From Octopus vulgaris (taxonomy: Eukaryota): DNA of 64,000 nucleotides. The stretch lies in the NCBI GenBank assembly GCA_951406725.2, contig OX597822.1, positions 54,126,001 to 54,190,000 on the forward strand, written 5' to 3'. Under the pieces are notes generated by a model that was not told the DNA's origin, searched no databases, and was given only the letters and a program-made list of their open reading frames with translations. This document shows positions 43,880-56,883 of this stretch, piece after piece. The translations under genes were made by a program, and so were the position numbers. The stretch's first letter is position 1, and the number at the start of each line of letters is the position of its first letter.

Positions 43880-44482
43880 AAATACCCCCCCTCCAATATT
43901 ATTGTCAACACAAGCCACTTCTGCTTGATAGCTCTTTCTGCTAGAAACTGCAGTCAAATCTCCCTCAGAATCCTACCCTGGTATCTTAAAAGAGCAAGGA
44001 GACAGCAGATAATGTTGTCCTGCATAAAATATATACCCCCCCCATCATTATTGTCAACACAAGCCACTTCTGCATGATAGCTCTTTCTGCTAGAAACTGC
44101 AGCCAAATCTCCCTCAGAATCCTACCCTGGTATCTTAAAAGAGCAAGGAGACAGCAGATAATGTTGTCCTACATAAAATATATACCCCACCTCCATCATT
44201 ATTGTCAACACAAGCCACTTCTGCTTGATAGCTCTTTCTGCTAGAAACTGCAGCCAAATCTCCCTCAGAATCCTACCCTGGTATCTTAAAAGAGCAAGGA
44301 GACAGCAGATAATGTTGTCCTGCATAAAATATATACCCCCCCCGCCATCATTATTGTCAGCACAAGCCACTTCTGCATGATAGCTCTTTCTGCTAGAAAC
44401 TGCAGCCAAATCTCCCTCAGAATCCTACCCTGGTATCTTAAAAGAGCAAATAGACAGCATATAATGTTGTCCTATATAAAAT
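43880..44482. repeat. Tandem repeat, four units of ~150 bp
   Basis: The anchor ATTGTCA(A/G)CACAAGCC occurs at 43901, 44050, 44201 and 44353. Confidence 0.95.
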
Positions 44483-45046
44483 ATATTTGAATAAAAGGCT
44501 TTGATCATAGACCTGCTGGTTCAGGCTGACCTGGAACTAAACTAAGGCTAGCATATAAATATGTGTTTTATTGATTCTTTGATTTGTCATCAAAATGCAA
44601 ATCGGAATTGGATTCTGTGTTTTTTGAAAAAAAAAAAATTCTAATAAAAATATAATCAGTAGAGTTTGAAGAGAATAAATAATGGATTGAGTTAACAAAT
44701 GATAATAGGGGGAGGGGGAAAAAAAGCAGTGTGTCAGTGAGAAAGGAAATATCTAGCATCTGGTGCTGATATGGATGTTTAGTTGAAATCTTTGCTTTTC
44801 AACTGCATCACTTAGCGTTCGATCCTGCTGTGTCACACTTCAGGCAAGTGTCTTCTAAGTTCTACTACAGCCTTGTGAATAGATTTGTGAGATGGAAACT
44901 GAAAGGATGTATGTGTATGTATATATTTACAAATCAAGAGAGAGAGAGAGACATTTGTGTGTTTGTATGTGTATATGTGTGTCAATGTATATATATACAT
45001 ACATACACACATATATATTGGTGTATATTGTATAAAATATGTGTAC

Positions 45047-48000
45047 ACTCTTTGATCTCTGTCGGCACCCTCTTTGATCTCTGTCGGTACCCTCTTTCAT
45101 CTCTGTCGGCAGCCTCTTTCATCTCTGTCGGTACCCCCTTTGATCTCTGTCGGCAGCCTCTTTGATCTCTGTCGGCACCCTCTTTGATCTCTGTCGGCAC
45201 CCTCTTTGATCTCCGTCGGTACCCCTTTTGATCTCTGTCGGCACCCTCTTTGATCTCTGTCGGCACACTCTTTGATCTCTGTCGGCACCCTCTTTCATCT
45301 CTGTCGGCACCCTCTTTGATCTCTGTCGGCACCCTCTTTGATCTCCGCCGGCACCCCTTTGATCTCTGTCGGCACCCCCTTTGATCTCTGTCGGCACCCT
45401 CTTTGATCTCTGTCGGCACCCTCTTTGATCTCTGTCGGTACCCTCTTTGATCTCTGTCGGCACCCTCTTTGATCTCCGTCGGTACCCCCTTTGATCTCTG
45501 TCGGCACCCTCTTTGATCTCTGTCGGCATCCTCTTTGATCTCCGTCGGCACCCTCTTTGATCTCCGTCGGTACCTCTTTGATCTCTGTCGGCACCCTCTT
45601 TGATCTCTGTCGGCACCCTCTTTGATCTCTGTCGACACCCTCTTTGATCTCTGTCGGCACACTCTTTGATCTCTGTCGGCACCCTCTTTCATCTCTGTCG
45701 GCATCATTTTTTATCTCTGTCGGCAACCTCTTTGATCTCCGTCGGCACCCCTTTGATCTCTGTCGGCACCCTCTTTGATCTCTATCGGTACCCCCTTTGA
45801 TCTCCGTCGGCACACTCTTTGATCTCTGTCGGCACCCTCTTTGATCTCATTCGGCACCATCTTTGATCTCTGTCGGCACCATCTTTGATCTCCGTCGGCA
45901 CCCCCTTTGATCTCTGTCGGCACCCTCTTTGATCTCTGTCGGCACCCTCTTTGATCTCTGTCGACACCCTCTTTGATCTCTGTCGGCACCCTCTTTGATC
46001 TCCGTCGGTACTCCCTTTGATCTCTGTCGGCACCCTCTTTGATCTCTGTCGACACCCTCTTTGATCTCCGTCGGTACTCCCTTTGATCTCTGTCGGCACC
46101 CTCTTTGATCTCTGTCGGCACCCTCTTTGATCTCTGTCGACACCCTCTTTGATCTCCGTTGGTACCCCCTTTGATCTCTGTCGGCACCATCTTTGATCTC
46201 TGTCGGCACCCTCTTTGATCTCTGTCGGCACCCTCTTTGATCTCTGTCGGCACCATTATTGATCTCCGTCGGCACCCTCTTTGATCTCCGTCGGTACCCC
46301 CTTTGATCTCTGTCGGCACCCTCTTTGATCTCTGTCGGCACCCTCTTTGATCTCCGTCGGTACCCTCTTTGATCTCTGTCGGCACCCTCTTTGATCTCTG
46401 TCGGCACCCTCTTTGATCTCTGTCGGCACCCTCTTTGATCTCTGTCGGCACACTCTTTGATCTCTGTCGGCACCCTCTTTGATCTCATTCGGCACCATCT
46501 TTGATCTCTGTCGGCACCCTCTTTGATCTCCGTCGGCACCCTCTTTGATCTCTGTCGGCACCATCTTTGATCTCTGTCGGCACCCTCTTTGATCTCTGTC
46601 GACACCCTCTTTGATCTCTGTCGGCACCCTCTTTGATCTCCGTCGGTACTCCCTTTGATCTCTGTCGGCACCCTCTTTGATCTCTGTCGGCACCCTCTTT
46701 GATCTCTGTCGGCACACTCTTTGATCTCTGTCGGCACCATTTTTGATCTCTGTCGGCACCCTCTTTGATCTCTGTCGGCACCCCTTTGATCTCTATCGGC
46801 ACCCTCTTTGATCTCTGTCGGCACCCTCTTTGATCTCTGTCGACACCCTCTTTGATCTCCGTTGGTACCCCCTTTGATCTCTGCCGGCACCCTCTTTGAT
46901 CTCTGTCGGCACCCTCTTTGATCTCTGTCGGCACCATTATTGATCTCCGTCGGCACCCTCTTTGATCTCCGTCGGTACCCCTTTGATCTCTGTCGGCACA
47001 CTCTTTGATCTCTGTCGGCACACTCTTTGATCTCTGTCGGCACCCTCTTTGATCTCCGTCGATACCCCCTTTGATCTCTGTCGGCACCCTCTTTGATCTC
47101 TGTCGGCACCATTATTGATCTCCGTCGGCACCCTCTTTGATCTCCGTCGGTACCCCCTTTGATCTCTGTCGGCACCCTCTTTGATCTCTGTCGGCACCCT
47201 CTTTGATCTCAGTCGGCACCCTCTTTGATCTCCGTCGGTACCCTCTTTGATCTCTGTCGGCACCCTCTTTGATCTCTGTCGGCACCCTCTTTGATCTCTG
47301 TCGGCACCCTCTTTGATCTCTGTCGGCACCCTCTTTGATCTCTGTCGGCACCCTCTTTGATCTCTGTCGGCACACTCTTTGATCTCTGTCGGCACCCTCT
47401 TTGATCTCATTCGGCACCATCTTTGATCTCTGTCGGCACCCTCTTTGATCTCCGTCGGCACCCCCTTTGATCTCTGTCGGCACCCCCTTTGATCTCTATC
47501 GGCACCCCCTTTGATCTCTGTCGGCACCCTCTTTGATCTCTGTCGGCACCCTCTTTGATCTCTGTCGACACCCTCTTTGATCTCTGTCGGCACCCTCTTT
47601 GATCTCCGTCGGCACCTTTGATCTATGTCGGCACCCTCTTTGATCTCTGTCGGCACCCTCTTTGATCTCTGTCGGCACCCTCTTTGATCTCTGTCGGCAC
47701 CCTCTTTGATCTCTGTCGGCACCCATTTTTGATCTCTGTCGGCACCCTCTTTGATCTCTGTCGGCACCCCTTTGATCTCTATCGGCACCTCTTTGATCTC
47801 TGTCGGCACCCTCTTTGATCTCTGTCGACACCCTCTTTGATCTCCGTTGGTACCCCCTTTGATCTCTGTCGGCACCCTCTTTGATCTCTGTCGGCACCCT
47901 CTTTGATCTCTGTCGGCACCCTCCTTGATCTCTGTCGGCACCCTCTTTGATCTCTGTCGGCACCCTCTTTGATCTCTGTCGGCACCATTATTGATCTCCG

Positions 48001-48733
48001 TTGGCACCCTCTTTGATCTCCGTCGGTACCCCCTTTGATCTCTGTCGGCACACTCTTTGATCTCTGTCGGCACACTCTTTGATCTCCGTCGATACCCCCT
48101 TTGATCTCTGTCGGCACCCTCTTTGATCTCTGTCGGCACACTCTTTGATCTCTGTCGGCACACTCTTTGATCTCAGTCGACACCCTCTTTGATCTCTGTC
48201 GGCACCATCTTTAATCTCTGTCGGCACCCTCTTTGATCTCTGTCGGCACCATTATTGATTTCCGTCGGTACCCCCTTTGATCTCTGTCGGAACCCTCTTT
48301 GATCTCTGTCGCCACCCTATTTTATCTATGTCGGCATCCTCTTTGATCTCTGTCGGCACCCTCTTTGAACTCTGTCGCTACACTCTTTGATCTCTGTCGG
48401 CACCCTCTTTCATCTCTGTCGGCACCATCTTTGATCTCTGTCGGCGCCCTCTTTGATCTCTGTCGGCACCCTCTTTGATCTCTGTCGGTACCCTCTTTGA
48501 TCTCCGTCGGCACCCCTTTGATCTCTGTCGGCACCCTCTTTGATCTCTGTCGGCACCCTCTTTGATCTCTGTCGGCACCCTCTTTGATCTCTGTCGGTAC
48601 CCTCTTTGATCTCTGTCGGCACCCTTATTGATCTCCGTCGGCAGCCTCTTTGATCTCTGTCGGCACCCTCTTTGATCTCTATCGGTACCCTCTTTCATCT
48701 CTGTTGGTACGCTCTTTGATCTCTGTCGGTACC
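45047..48733. repeat. 22-bp minisatellite, about 165-170 units
   Basis: Consensus CTCTTTGATCTCTGTCGGCACC repeated head-to-tail without spacers, with occasional 20/21-bp units. Confidence 0.98.
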
Positions 48734-49093
48734 ATCCGAACGTGGCCGATGCCAGCGCTGCCTCGACTGGCTCCAGTGCCGGTGGCACATAAAAAGCACC
48801 ATCCGAACGTGGCCGATGCCAGCGCCACCTTGGCTGGCTTCCATGCCGGTGGCACGTGAAAAGCACCAACCGATTGTGGCTGATGCCGGACCCCCCTGGC
48901 ACCTGTGCAGGTGGCACGTAAAAAGCACACACTACACTCGCGGAGTGGTTGGCGTTAGGAATGGCATCCAGCTGTAGAAACTCTGCCAGATAAGACTGAA
49001 GCCTGGTGCAGCCCCCGGCTTCCCAGACCCCGGTCGAACCGTCCAACCCATGCTAGCACGGAAAATGGACGTTAAACGATGATGATGATGATG
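48731..49093 (+). mobile_element. Family C retroposon (RTE-type tail) with internal ~66-bp repeats
   Basis: ACCATCCGAACGTGGCCGATGCCAGC repeated, then GGCGTTAGGAATGGCATCCAGC...GGACGTTAAAC(GAT)n. Confidence 0.85.
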
Positions 49094-49567
49094 TATATGA
49101 TATATATTTGTATATACATATGTATATAATATATATATATATATATATACACACACATATATATATATTGGTGTATCTATGTATATATATTTGTGTATAT
49201 ATGTATATAATATATATTTGTGTATATAATAATTATTTGTATATATATATGTGTATAATATATATTTGTATATATATGCTACCCCAACCCCCTGCCAAAC
49301 CCACACCCCACATGGGCTTTCCCCACTCTCGTCCCCACCTCCCCACAACATCACACCACACTACACTACACCATACAACTTTACACATCACAACACACCA
49401 CCCGCAGCACACCACCCACATTACACATCACATCACAACACACCACCCACAGCACACCGCCCACACACCCATCCCCACATCTTTACACCTACACATACAT
49501 ACACACATCATATCACAACACACCACTCACACACCCATCTCCATATCTCCATACCCACACATACATA

Positions 49568-49941
49568 CATACATACACATGTCCAGACCACCAGCCCTCT
49601 TTCACACGCACATACTTACTCTCTTATACACACATGCACCTTCGTGTTGGGGCCACCTTCGTTTTGGGAGTCACTTGACCCTGTTATCTCCCCTACTATC
49701 CCTCTAGCATCTAACGTCTGACCTCTGACTGCTGCCTGAAGTCAGAACGCCATGATAGACCGTTAGTTCCTACACGCATTTTTCTCTCCTTGTTTCTTTT
49801 CTGTGTATCTTTCTGTCAAAGAGCGTAGGCTCGAAATGTAAAAGACTTGTTCTATTTCTATTCCTGAGTGCCATACTAATACATTTGTTTGTTTGTACTC
49901 CACCTGCCTTCGTCTTTTGTTTATTTTTGTAAACCTTCTCG

Positions 49942-49943
<2 letters not shown>
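49568..49943 (+). mobile_element. Dispersed repeat with hammerhead-like motif (same family as 2787-2980)
   Basis: 49808-49845 reads TCTTT-CTGTCAA-A-GAGC-GTAG-GCTC-GAAA-TGT-A-AAAGA. The element ends in (TA)n. Confidence 0.6.
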
Positions 49944-49987
<44 letters not shown>

Positions 49988-52397
49988 TTGTGTTTAATGT
50001 GTGTTTGTGCCTTGTCTTGCTAGCTGGTGATAGTTGTAAGTGTTGTTGTCACACAGGCAGTGTTATTCATTTGCAATCTTCTGTGAAAACATGTCAGGAG
50101 AGATATATGCTTGCTTGGAAGCAGGTGAGAGTTGGTGATACGAGGGACACGAAGCTGTTGGAAAATCTGCCTCAACAAATTTCATCAAACACATACAAGC
50201 ATGGAAAAGTGTTCATTAAAACGATGATTCTGATAATGGAAGCTGTGAATGAAGGGTTTTGTTAGAAGTATATCTCCTCTTCTCATGGCATGCTAATATA
50301 TTTCATTTTATTTTTTTATCTCCAGTCCAACTCATAAAGATAGTTTGATAAAATTCTTCTTATTCATGATCTTAATTAAGACCATATCAAGCTGCTCTGA
50401 CTGCCACAATGACAAGAATAAAACTAATTTAGTTTTCACCATTCATCATAAGGTAATTTTATCTCAGCTTTGGTTATAACTGTGCATTGATATTAAATCC
50501 TTAGGTGACATAGAATCGTAAATTTTCTTTTAATATAAGAAAATGGACAATATTGTGTGACATTTATACCACTTTTAATGGAGTTTGCAGTGCATTGTGC
50601 TTTAAACTTGCAGCAACTGTGCATTTATTCTTTATGAATAAAGATTTGAAGTAAAGATTTGAACAAGCTTGCATGTTCAGATAGACTGTAGCAGCCCAAT
50701 TCCTGCTCTAACTCTAAATTTAATATTATGTTTTGACTTGACATAAAGGTTCAGTATTTTAGTGCAAAGTAAGAAACAGACTTTTATGCTTTTTCAAGGT
50801 CATTGAAAGAATAAGTGAAGCAAACTCACTTCGAATAGGATTGGAAATAAGTTAATAATCCCCTGCTCATTAAGATCATCTGTCTGCCTCTAAACTGCTC
50901 CCTATATTTACCTTAATATTGATTTCAAATTTTGGCACAAAGCCAGCAATTCTGGGTGAGGGACAAATTGATTACATCAGTCTCAGTGCTTGACTGGTGC
51001 ATATTTTATAGACCCTGAAAGGATGAAAGACAAAATTGACCCCAGTAGAATTTGAAGTCGCAATGTACAGATCGACGAAATGCCGCTAAGTATTTTGCCA
51101 GCTCATTGCCTTATGAATCTAGAATCTGAGGAACCTGATGGTAGTGTGTGTTGGTAATAATTGGTCCAAAAGTGAGCTTGTAAAACAGCTTGATAAGTTT
51201 AGTTGTTCACATGAGGAGTGAAGAATCTAACAGAATTGATCTTAGCGTTTGTGATTTTGTGGTACACTGGAGATAAAGCCAAACATTTCTGGTATACTTT
51301 TTCTGGAAGCCTCCTCTCCCCTTAAATGTCTTATGGTAAAAAAAAAATTGAAAAAGCTAATACTTACCTAATTAATCATAATTGTATAGAACAGAAGTTA
51401 GCTTCACAACTACGTGATTTCAGTTCAGTTTCACTGTGTCTTGGGCCCACCAAAGCTTTAAGAGTGGATTTGGTGAGATGGGAGCTGCATTGCAACCCAA
51501 TGTGTGTGTGTGTCTGATAGACAACCAGTGTTGGTTTATATCCCTGTAACTTAGTGGTCCAGTGAAAAGAGAGTAGTACTAGTACCAGTCTTGAAAATAT
51601 GCACTGGGATTGATACGATCAACCTAATCCAGTCTTTGCAGTCATCACCTACTTTCCCTTCAATGCATATTTATCATTGATCATTCCTCAATCGTTGTTC
51701 TTCATTCATTATACTTGCAGTCCCATCTATTCCCCATCTCTAACCATCCCTTACATTCCTCATCCACTCGTGCACCTTCTACCCATCCTCACTCCCTCTT
51801 CAGTCCCCACTTCTGTTCACCTTCTTAATATCTCTCACATTCTATTTTCCAGCTCCACCCCAGTTACTCCCACTTACTCTTTTATAATTTGAGTAGCCTT
51901 GCAGCTTGTCTACAGCAAGACATCTGTTCTATTCTGGTCCTTTCTTTCATACTTTAATCTCAACCCAGAGCCATGTGGTTGGTAAGCAAGCTACTTACCA
52001 CACAGCCACTCCTGCGCCTATGTTAACATTTATTTAATAAAAAGATTCTCAATCTAGGATGCAAGATGGCATTTCATCCTAGTGGTGGCATTGGTAATGG
52101 GGGTGGAAATTGTTTTCTGGATTAAAATTATTAACTATCTCATAAAAATTACTTATTAAGCACACTCAAGAGATTTATTATTCTACAGATGTAGATTTAA
52201 CCTTTTTACGTTCATATTATTATTATTGATTTTCCTGTTTACAGTTTTTTCCTTCCTAATTGGTTCATGTTTTTTATGTGCTGAGTCAAAAGTTTTCTTG
52301 TTTTTTTTTTTTCATTTCAATTAGTTGTTCATTCATAGTACTCTGTCATTTAAAAGAATTAGTTGACTTTTTTTTAAATCTTCATAAGTCATGTAGA

Positions 52398-52563
52398 TGC
52401 AGGTGTGGCTGTGTGGTAAGTAGTTTGCTGTCCAACCACATGGTTTCAGGTTCAATCCCATGTGGCACCGTGGACAAGTGTCTTCAGCTATAGCTCTTGG
52501 CAGCCAACCAAAACATTGTGAATGGATCTGGTTGATGGAAGCAAAAAAATGAACCTGTTTCGT

Positions 52564-52594
<31 letters not shown>

Positions 52595-52800
52595 CATGCG
52601 TGTGTGTTAGTATCTCCTTGCTTTGACATTGTGTGAGAGCTGTAAGTTTGTGTTGTTATTGTGCAGGTGGTGTCTTTCATTTTCAGTCTTCTGACATATG
52701 CATGGCCCTAACAGGAAGGGCATCTGGCCATTGAAAATCCACCTTGACAAAATTTTGTTTGAACCACACAAGCATGGAAAAATGGACATTAAAAGATGAT
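52398..52800 (+). mobile_element. SINE with family A head and family C-like tail
   Basis: A-type head and (TG)n, then AGGAAGGGCATCTGGCC...GGACATTAAAAGATGATG. Similar copies at ~49990-50230, ~59180-59460 and ~63400-63750. Confidence 0.7.
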
Positions 52801-52933
52801 GATTGGATAAGAGATGTGATATTAATTCTGTAGGAATTAATATCTGTAAAACATTTTCTAGAATAGAATTTAGAAAAAGTTGAAAAACACTGCTTCACTG
52901 CTCATGTCATTTAACAAATATGTTTTGATTTTA

Positions 52934-52972
<39 letters not shown>

Positions 52973-52974
<2 letters not shown>

Positions 52975-53187
52975 GGTGGTGAGCTGACAGAATTGTTAGC
53001 ATGCTGGGCCAAATACTTAGCAGAATTTCATCAATCTTTACATTCTGAGTTCAAATTCTGCTGAGGTTGACTTTGCTTTACATCTTTTTGGGGTCAGTAA
53101 ATTAATTACCAGTCATATACTGGAGTTGATGTAATCGACTTCTCCCCTCCCCCAAAATATCAGGCCTTGTACCTTTAGTAGAAAGGA

Positions 53188-53221
<34 letters not shown>

Positions 53222-53593
53222 GATGGTGAGCTGGCAGAATTGTGGGCATGCTGGACAAAATGCTTAGCGATATTTCACCTGTCTCTGTGTTCTGAGTTCA
53301 AATTCCGCCAAGGTCAACTTTGCCTTTCATCCCCTTGGGATCGATAAATTAAGTACCAGTGATGGTACTGGGGTTGATGAAATCGACTAGTCCCCTCCCC
53401 AAAAATTTCAGGCCTTGTGCCTTTAGTAGAAAGGATTATTATTATTACATTCTGAGTAAAAATTTCACTGAAGTCTACTTTACTTTTCATCATTTCAGGT
53501 TCGATAAAATAAGTACCAGTTGAACACTGGGGTTGATGTAATCGACTCATTCCCTCCCCCCAAACTGCTGCCCTTGTGGCAAAATTTGAAACG

Positions 53594-53595
<2 letters not shown>
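52973..53595 (+). mobile_element. Three tandem SINE B copies separated by (TTA)n
   Basis: Family B motifs start at 52973, 53220 and ~53446, with CpGs largely mutated. Confidence 0.88.
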
Positions 53596-53642
<47 letters not shown>

Positions 53643-55001
53643 TGGATTGATTGATTTATGGAAAAGAACTGATAGAGAATAAATAACAACCTTGTTAGCT
53701 TGTTTGGCAGCGGCGGTGTGTTGTGTTGTGTTTTTTTTTTAGTTTTTGAGAAGAAACTGAAGAAAACTGGAAATGGTGAATGAATGAATATTTATAGAAT
53801 AAATAATACCAGGTGCTTCTTCATGACTGAGACACATGTACTGGTTTGATGTGTTGTATGTTGGGAGGTGGAGGGGATGTGGATGGGTGGAGGGAGAGGG
53901 GGGAGGGGCAGTGGAGAATGCTTTGAGGTAGCAGCATTTGAGGAGAAACATATTGAAAAAAAAAACACTGTAATGGTGACTGAATGTGTATTTACTGTCT
54001 TCTACCGCTACCACCGCCACTACCACTACCACCACCACCACCACTACTGCTACCAGCAGCACCACCTTCACTCCTACCACCACTACTTGTCTGAGACGCA
54101 TATTGATTTGATGGTTTCACTGATAGTTTATTGTGATCCATTAACAATTAACTGTTCAACAAAACATATATTGGTTGTTGCTGTTGCTGTTGTTTAGCCC
54201 CAGGTCAGCTCTGATAGAGCAGACCTGTGATCAAGAGACATTCCAGCTGTGATCATCACACTTTGTTTTAAGAATATGTAGAATTGTAGGATTACATTAT
54301 TCAACATATCTTTTCCTTATTTAAGACAGTAGGGTGTAATTTGAAGAAGAATTTAGTTGTTATTTCAACAGATTGAGTGACTATGTGGCGTACCCATTGC
54401 ATACTAGTTAGTCTGACATGATAAATATCGGATTTATGTTGAAAATAATGCTATTAAATCTACAGTCTCTTGTAGCAGTCACAGTTAATCTGCTTAATTT
54501 TTCTTTCATCAAAGAACTGTGTTGGTGAATGGAAATTCCTGTAACTATGGCATTAAACCATTGTTTGATGATAAGGTGGGGTGATGGTCATAGTGGGGTT
54601 ACATAAGAGACAGATGGCTATTGGCAATGGTATTGAGTAATGAGCAGAGGGGTTCTATCACTGTTGTGGGTGTTTTTAGCTCAGCTCTAATCCTGCACAA
54701 TCCTGCAGACCTGTGATCAAAGATGTTCTAGCTATGACTATCCTATTTTGGTTCCGATGTGCAGTGTATCCTAGACTACATTATCCAATCTGTCCTTTTT
54801 CTTTATGAAGGTAGAGTGGGTTTTTGCTGTTATTTCTACCAGTGATGTGGCTATATTGAGGCTCTCTTGGAAGTTGGTCTTAGGAATGTTTTAGCAGAGA
54901 TAGGGCTGAGATCAATGTGTGTGGCTTAGAACTTAGAGAATCAGATAAAATACCACTAAGCATTTTGTCTGAAACATTAACAATTTTGCCAGTTTGCCAT
55001 C

Positions 55002-55042
<41 letters not shown>

Positions 55043-55522
55043 GTAGTAGTAGTATTTCTAATTTAGGCACAAGGCCAGCTACTTTAAGTGGGGAGGCTTA
55101 GTTGATTTGCTGAATTGTCCTATTCATGCAGATGGTGATGTATGATCAGCTGTTAATAGGAAAATACAGCTAACATCTTCCTTTTTGTATTTCGTGTTCT
55201 TCTTCCTGCAAACAAGCTGTTGTAGCTCAATGCTCTCACATCATGTCAACTAATTTTTGCAAGTGTCACAAGTGAAGGGTATGAAAGAGATCATATCTCA
55301 TACTCTTACAGTGTTTGTCATATTGCAGCATTACCCACACTTCTCTCGACTAGTATATTGATGCCCGGTACTTGGTCTAATTGACAGGCATGTTGGTGTC
55401 TATTATATTGTGCATGTTCCAAGATGACCAGTATCCTGGTATTTTATGTTGTACATGGTGCAATTTTGACTAGTATGTGTGTGTTTTATACTGCACTTGG
55501 TTCACTTTGACCAGTACACTAG

Positions 55523-55908
55523 TCTCTCTCTATATAAACGGCAGTTTGTCTCTGTGTGTTTCTGTGTGTCTGTTTGGTTGTACCCTCACCCTGACCACGG
55601 CTTTCAACCGATTCTGATGAAACTTGACACACACATAGCCCAATGTCATAATTCAAAACTAACGCCGCGAAAATTTTGAAAAGTTCCCCCAGTTCTGAAA
55701 AAAATCGATAAATTCGACATGGGGTCGAGAATCAGAAACACAAACCACAGACTGTCTAGGGGATGCAACTTGACCTTTTTTAACTCTCAAAAAAAAATTT
55801 ACCATAATTTTTTTCCATTTTTTTTGCTATTTTTTGGCTATAACTCTCTAAAAATGCTTTATAGTTATTTCCCTTACAAACCTGAGCAACGCCGGGCGAT
55901 ACTGCTAG
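55523..55908 (+). mobile_element. Non-autonomous Helitron
   Basis: 5' TC start and a 3' hairpin CCTGAGCAACGCCGGG followed by CTAG|T. The last ~110 bp are shared with 34242-34350. Confidence 0.8.
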
Positions 55909-55990
55909 TATCTTATATTGTTCATGATACAGATTGACTAGTATTTTGGTGTCTTCTCAGTGTTATGAAAGACAATAAAAGCTAATTTAA

Positions 55991-56175
55991 ACCTTTAGCA
56001 TTCAAACTGGTCATATCCAGCCTAAATATTCTACCTCCTTTATGTTCAGACCAGCCAGATTCAGCTTCTTGCACCTACCCTACAATATCACAGCTACGAC
56101 ATAATGCATGATTAATTTAAAGCAATGGGAATGAATAAGCATTATATTTGACAGAACAATTTGAACGCTAAAGGG
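55991..56175. mobile_element. piggyBac-type MITE
   Basis: TTAA on both sides; TIRs ACCTTTAGCATTCAAA and TTTGAACGCTAAAGGG. Confidence 0.8.
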
Positions 56176-56239
56176 TTAAACTATAGTTTCATAGAAGTTT
56201 TGCTATATATATATATATATATACTTATGTGTACCTTTT

Positions 56240-56835
56240 CGTTCTTTGGACACTAAAACTCTGCTTGCGAAGACCTGTTGAGGCAAGTGAAATCAAAATC
56301 AAAATCGATGAATGGCGTCCGTGCTAGCGGGGTGCAAAGAGCACCATATGAGTGTGATCATTGACAGAGTGGCTAACCGGCTTCGTGCCAGTGGCACTTA
56401 AAAGGCACCATTCGAGCGTGATCGTTACCAGCATTGCCTTACTGGCACTTGAGCCCCATGCTAGTAGGGTATTAAGAGCACCATCCAAGCTTGATCATTG
56501 CCAGAGCAGCTATCTGGCCTCCGTGCCGGTGGCATGTAAAAGACACCATTCGAGCGTGATCGTTACCAGCATTGCCTTACTGGCACCTGTGCCGGTGGCA
56601 TGTGTAAAAGATTTGAGCGAGGTCGTTGCCAGTACCGCCTGACTGGCCCCGTGCCGGTGGCACATAAAAGCACCCACTTCACTCTCGGAGTGGTTGGCGT
56701 TAGGAAGGGCATCCAGCTGTAGAAACTCTGCCAGATCAAGATTGAAGCCTGGTGCAGCCATCTGGTTCGCCAGCCCTCAGTCATTTGTCCAACCCATGCT
56801 AGCATGGAAAGCGGACGTTAAATGATGATGATGAT

Positions 56836-56836
<1 letters not shown>
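56240..56836 (+). mobile_element. Family C retroposon with internal tandem subrepeats
   Basis: CACCATTCGAGCGTGATCGTTACCAG subrepeats and a (TGA)n tail. A shorter copy lies at 58000-58332. Confidence 0.85.

Positions 56837-56883
<47 letters not shown>

Noticed and set aside
44982-48733. Repetitive PTEIKEGADRDQRGCRQRSKRV ORFs, or a CRISPR array
   Set aside because: The 22-bp unit is not a multiple of 3, indels are frequent, there are no unique spacers or cas genes, and the context is eukaryotic.
49108-49721. H/T/P-rich ORFs
   Set aside because: They come from a degenerate CA-rich low-complexity sequence.
53868-54197. His-rich and Val-rich ORFs
   Set aside because: They derive from a (CAC/TAC)n low-complexity tract.
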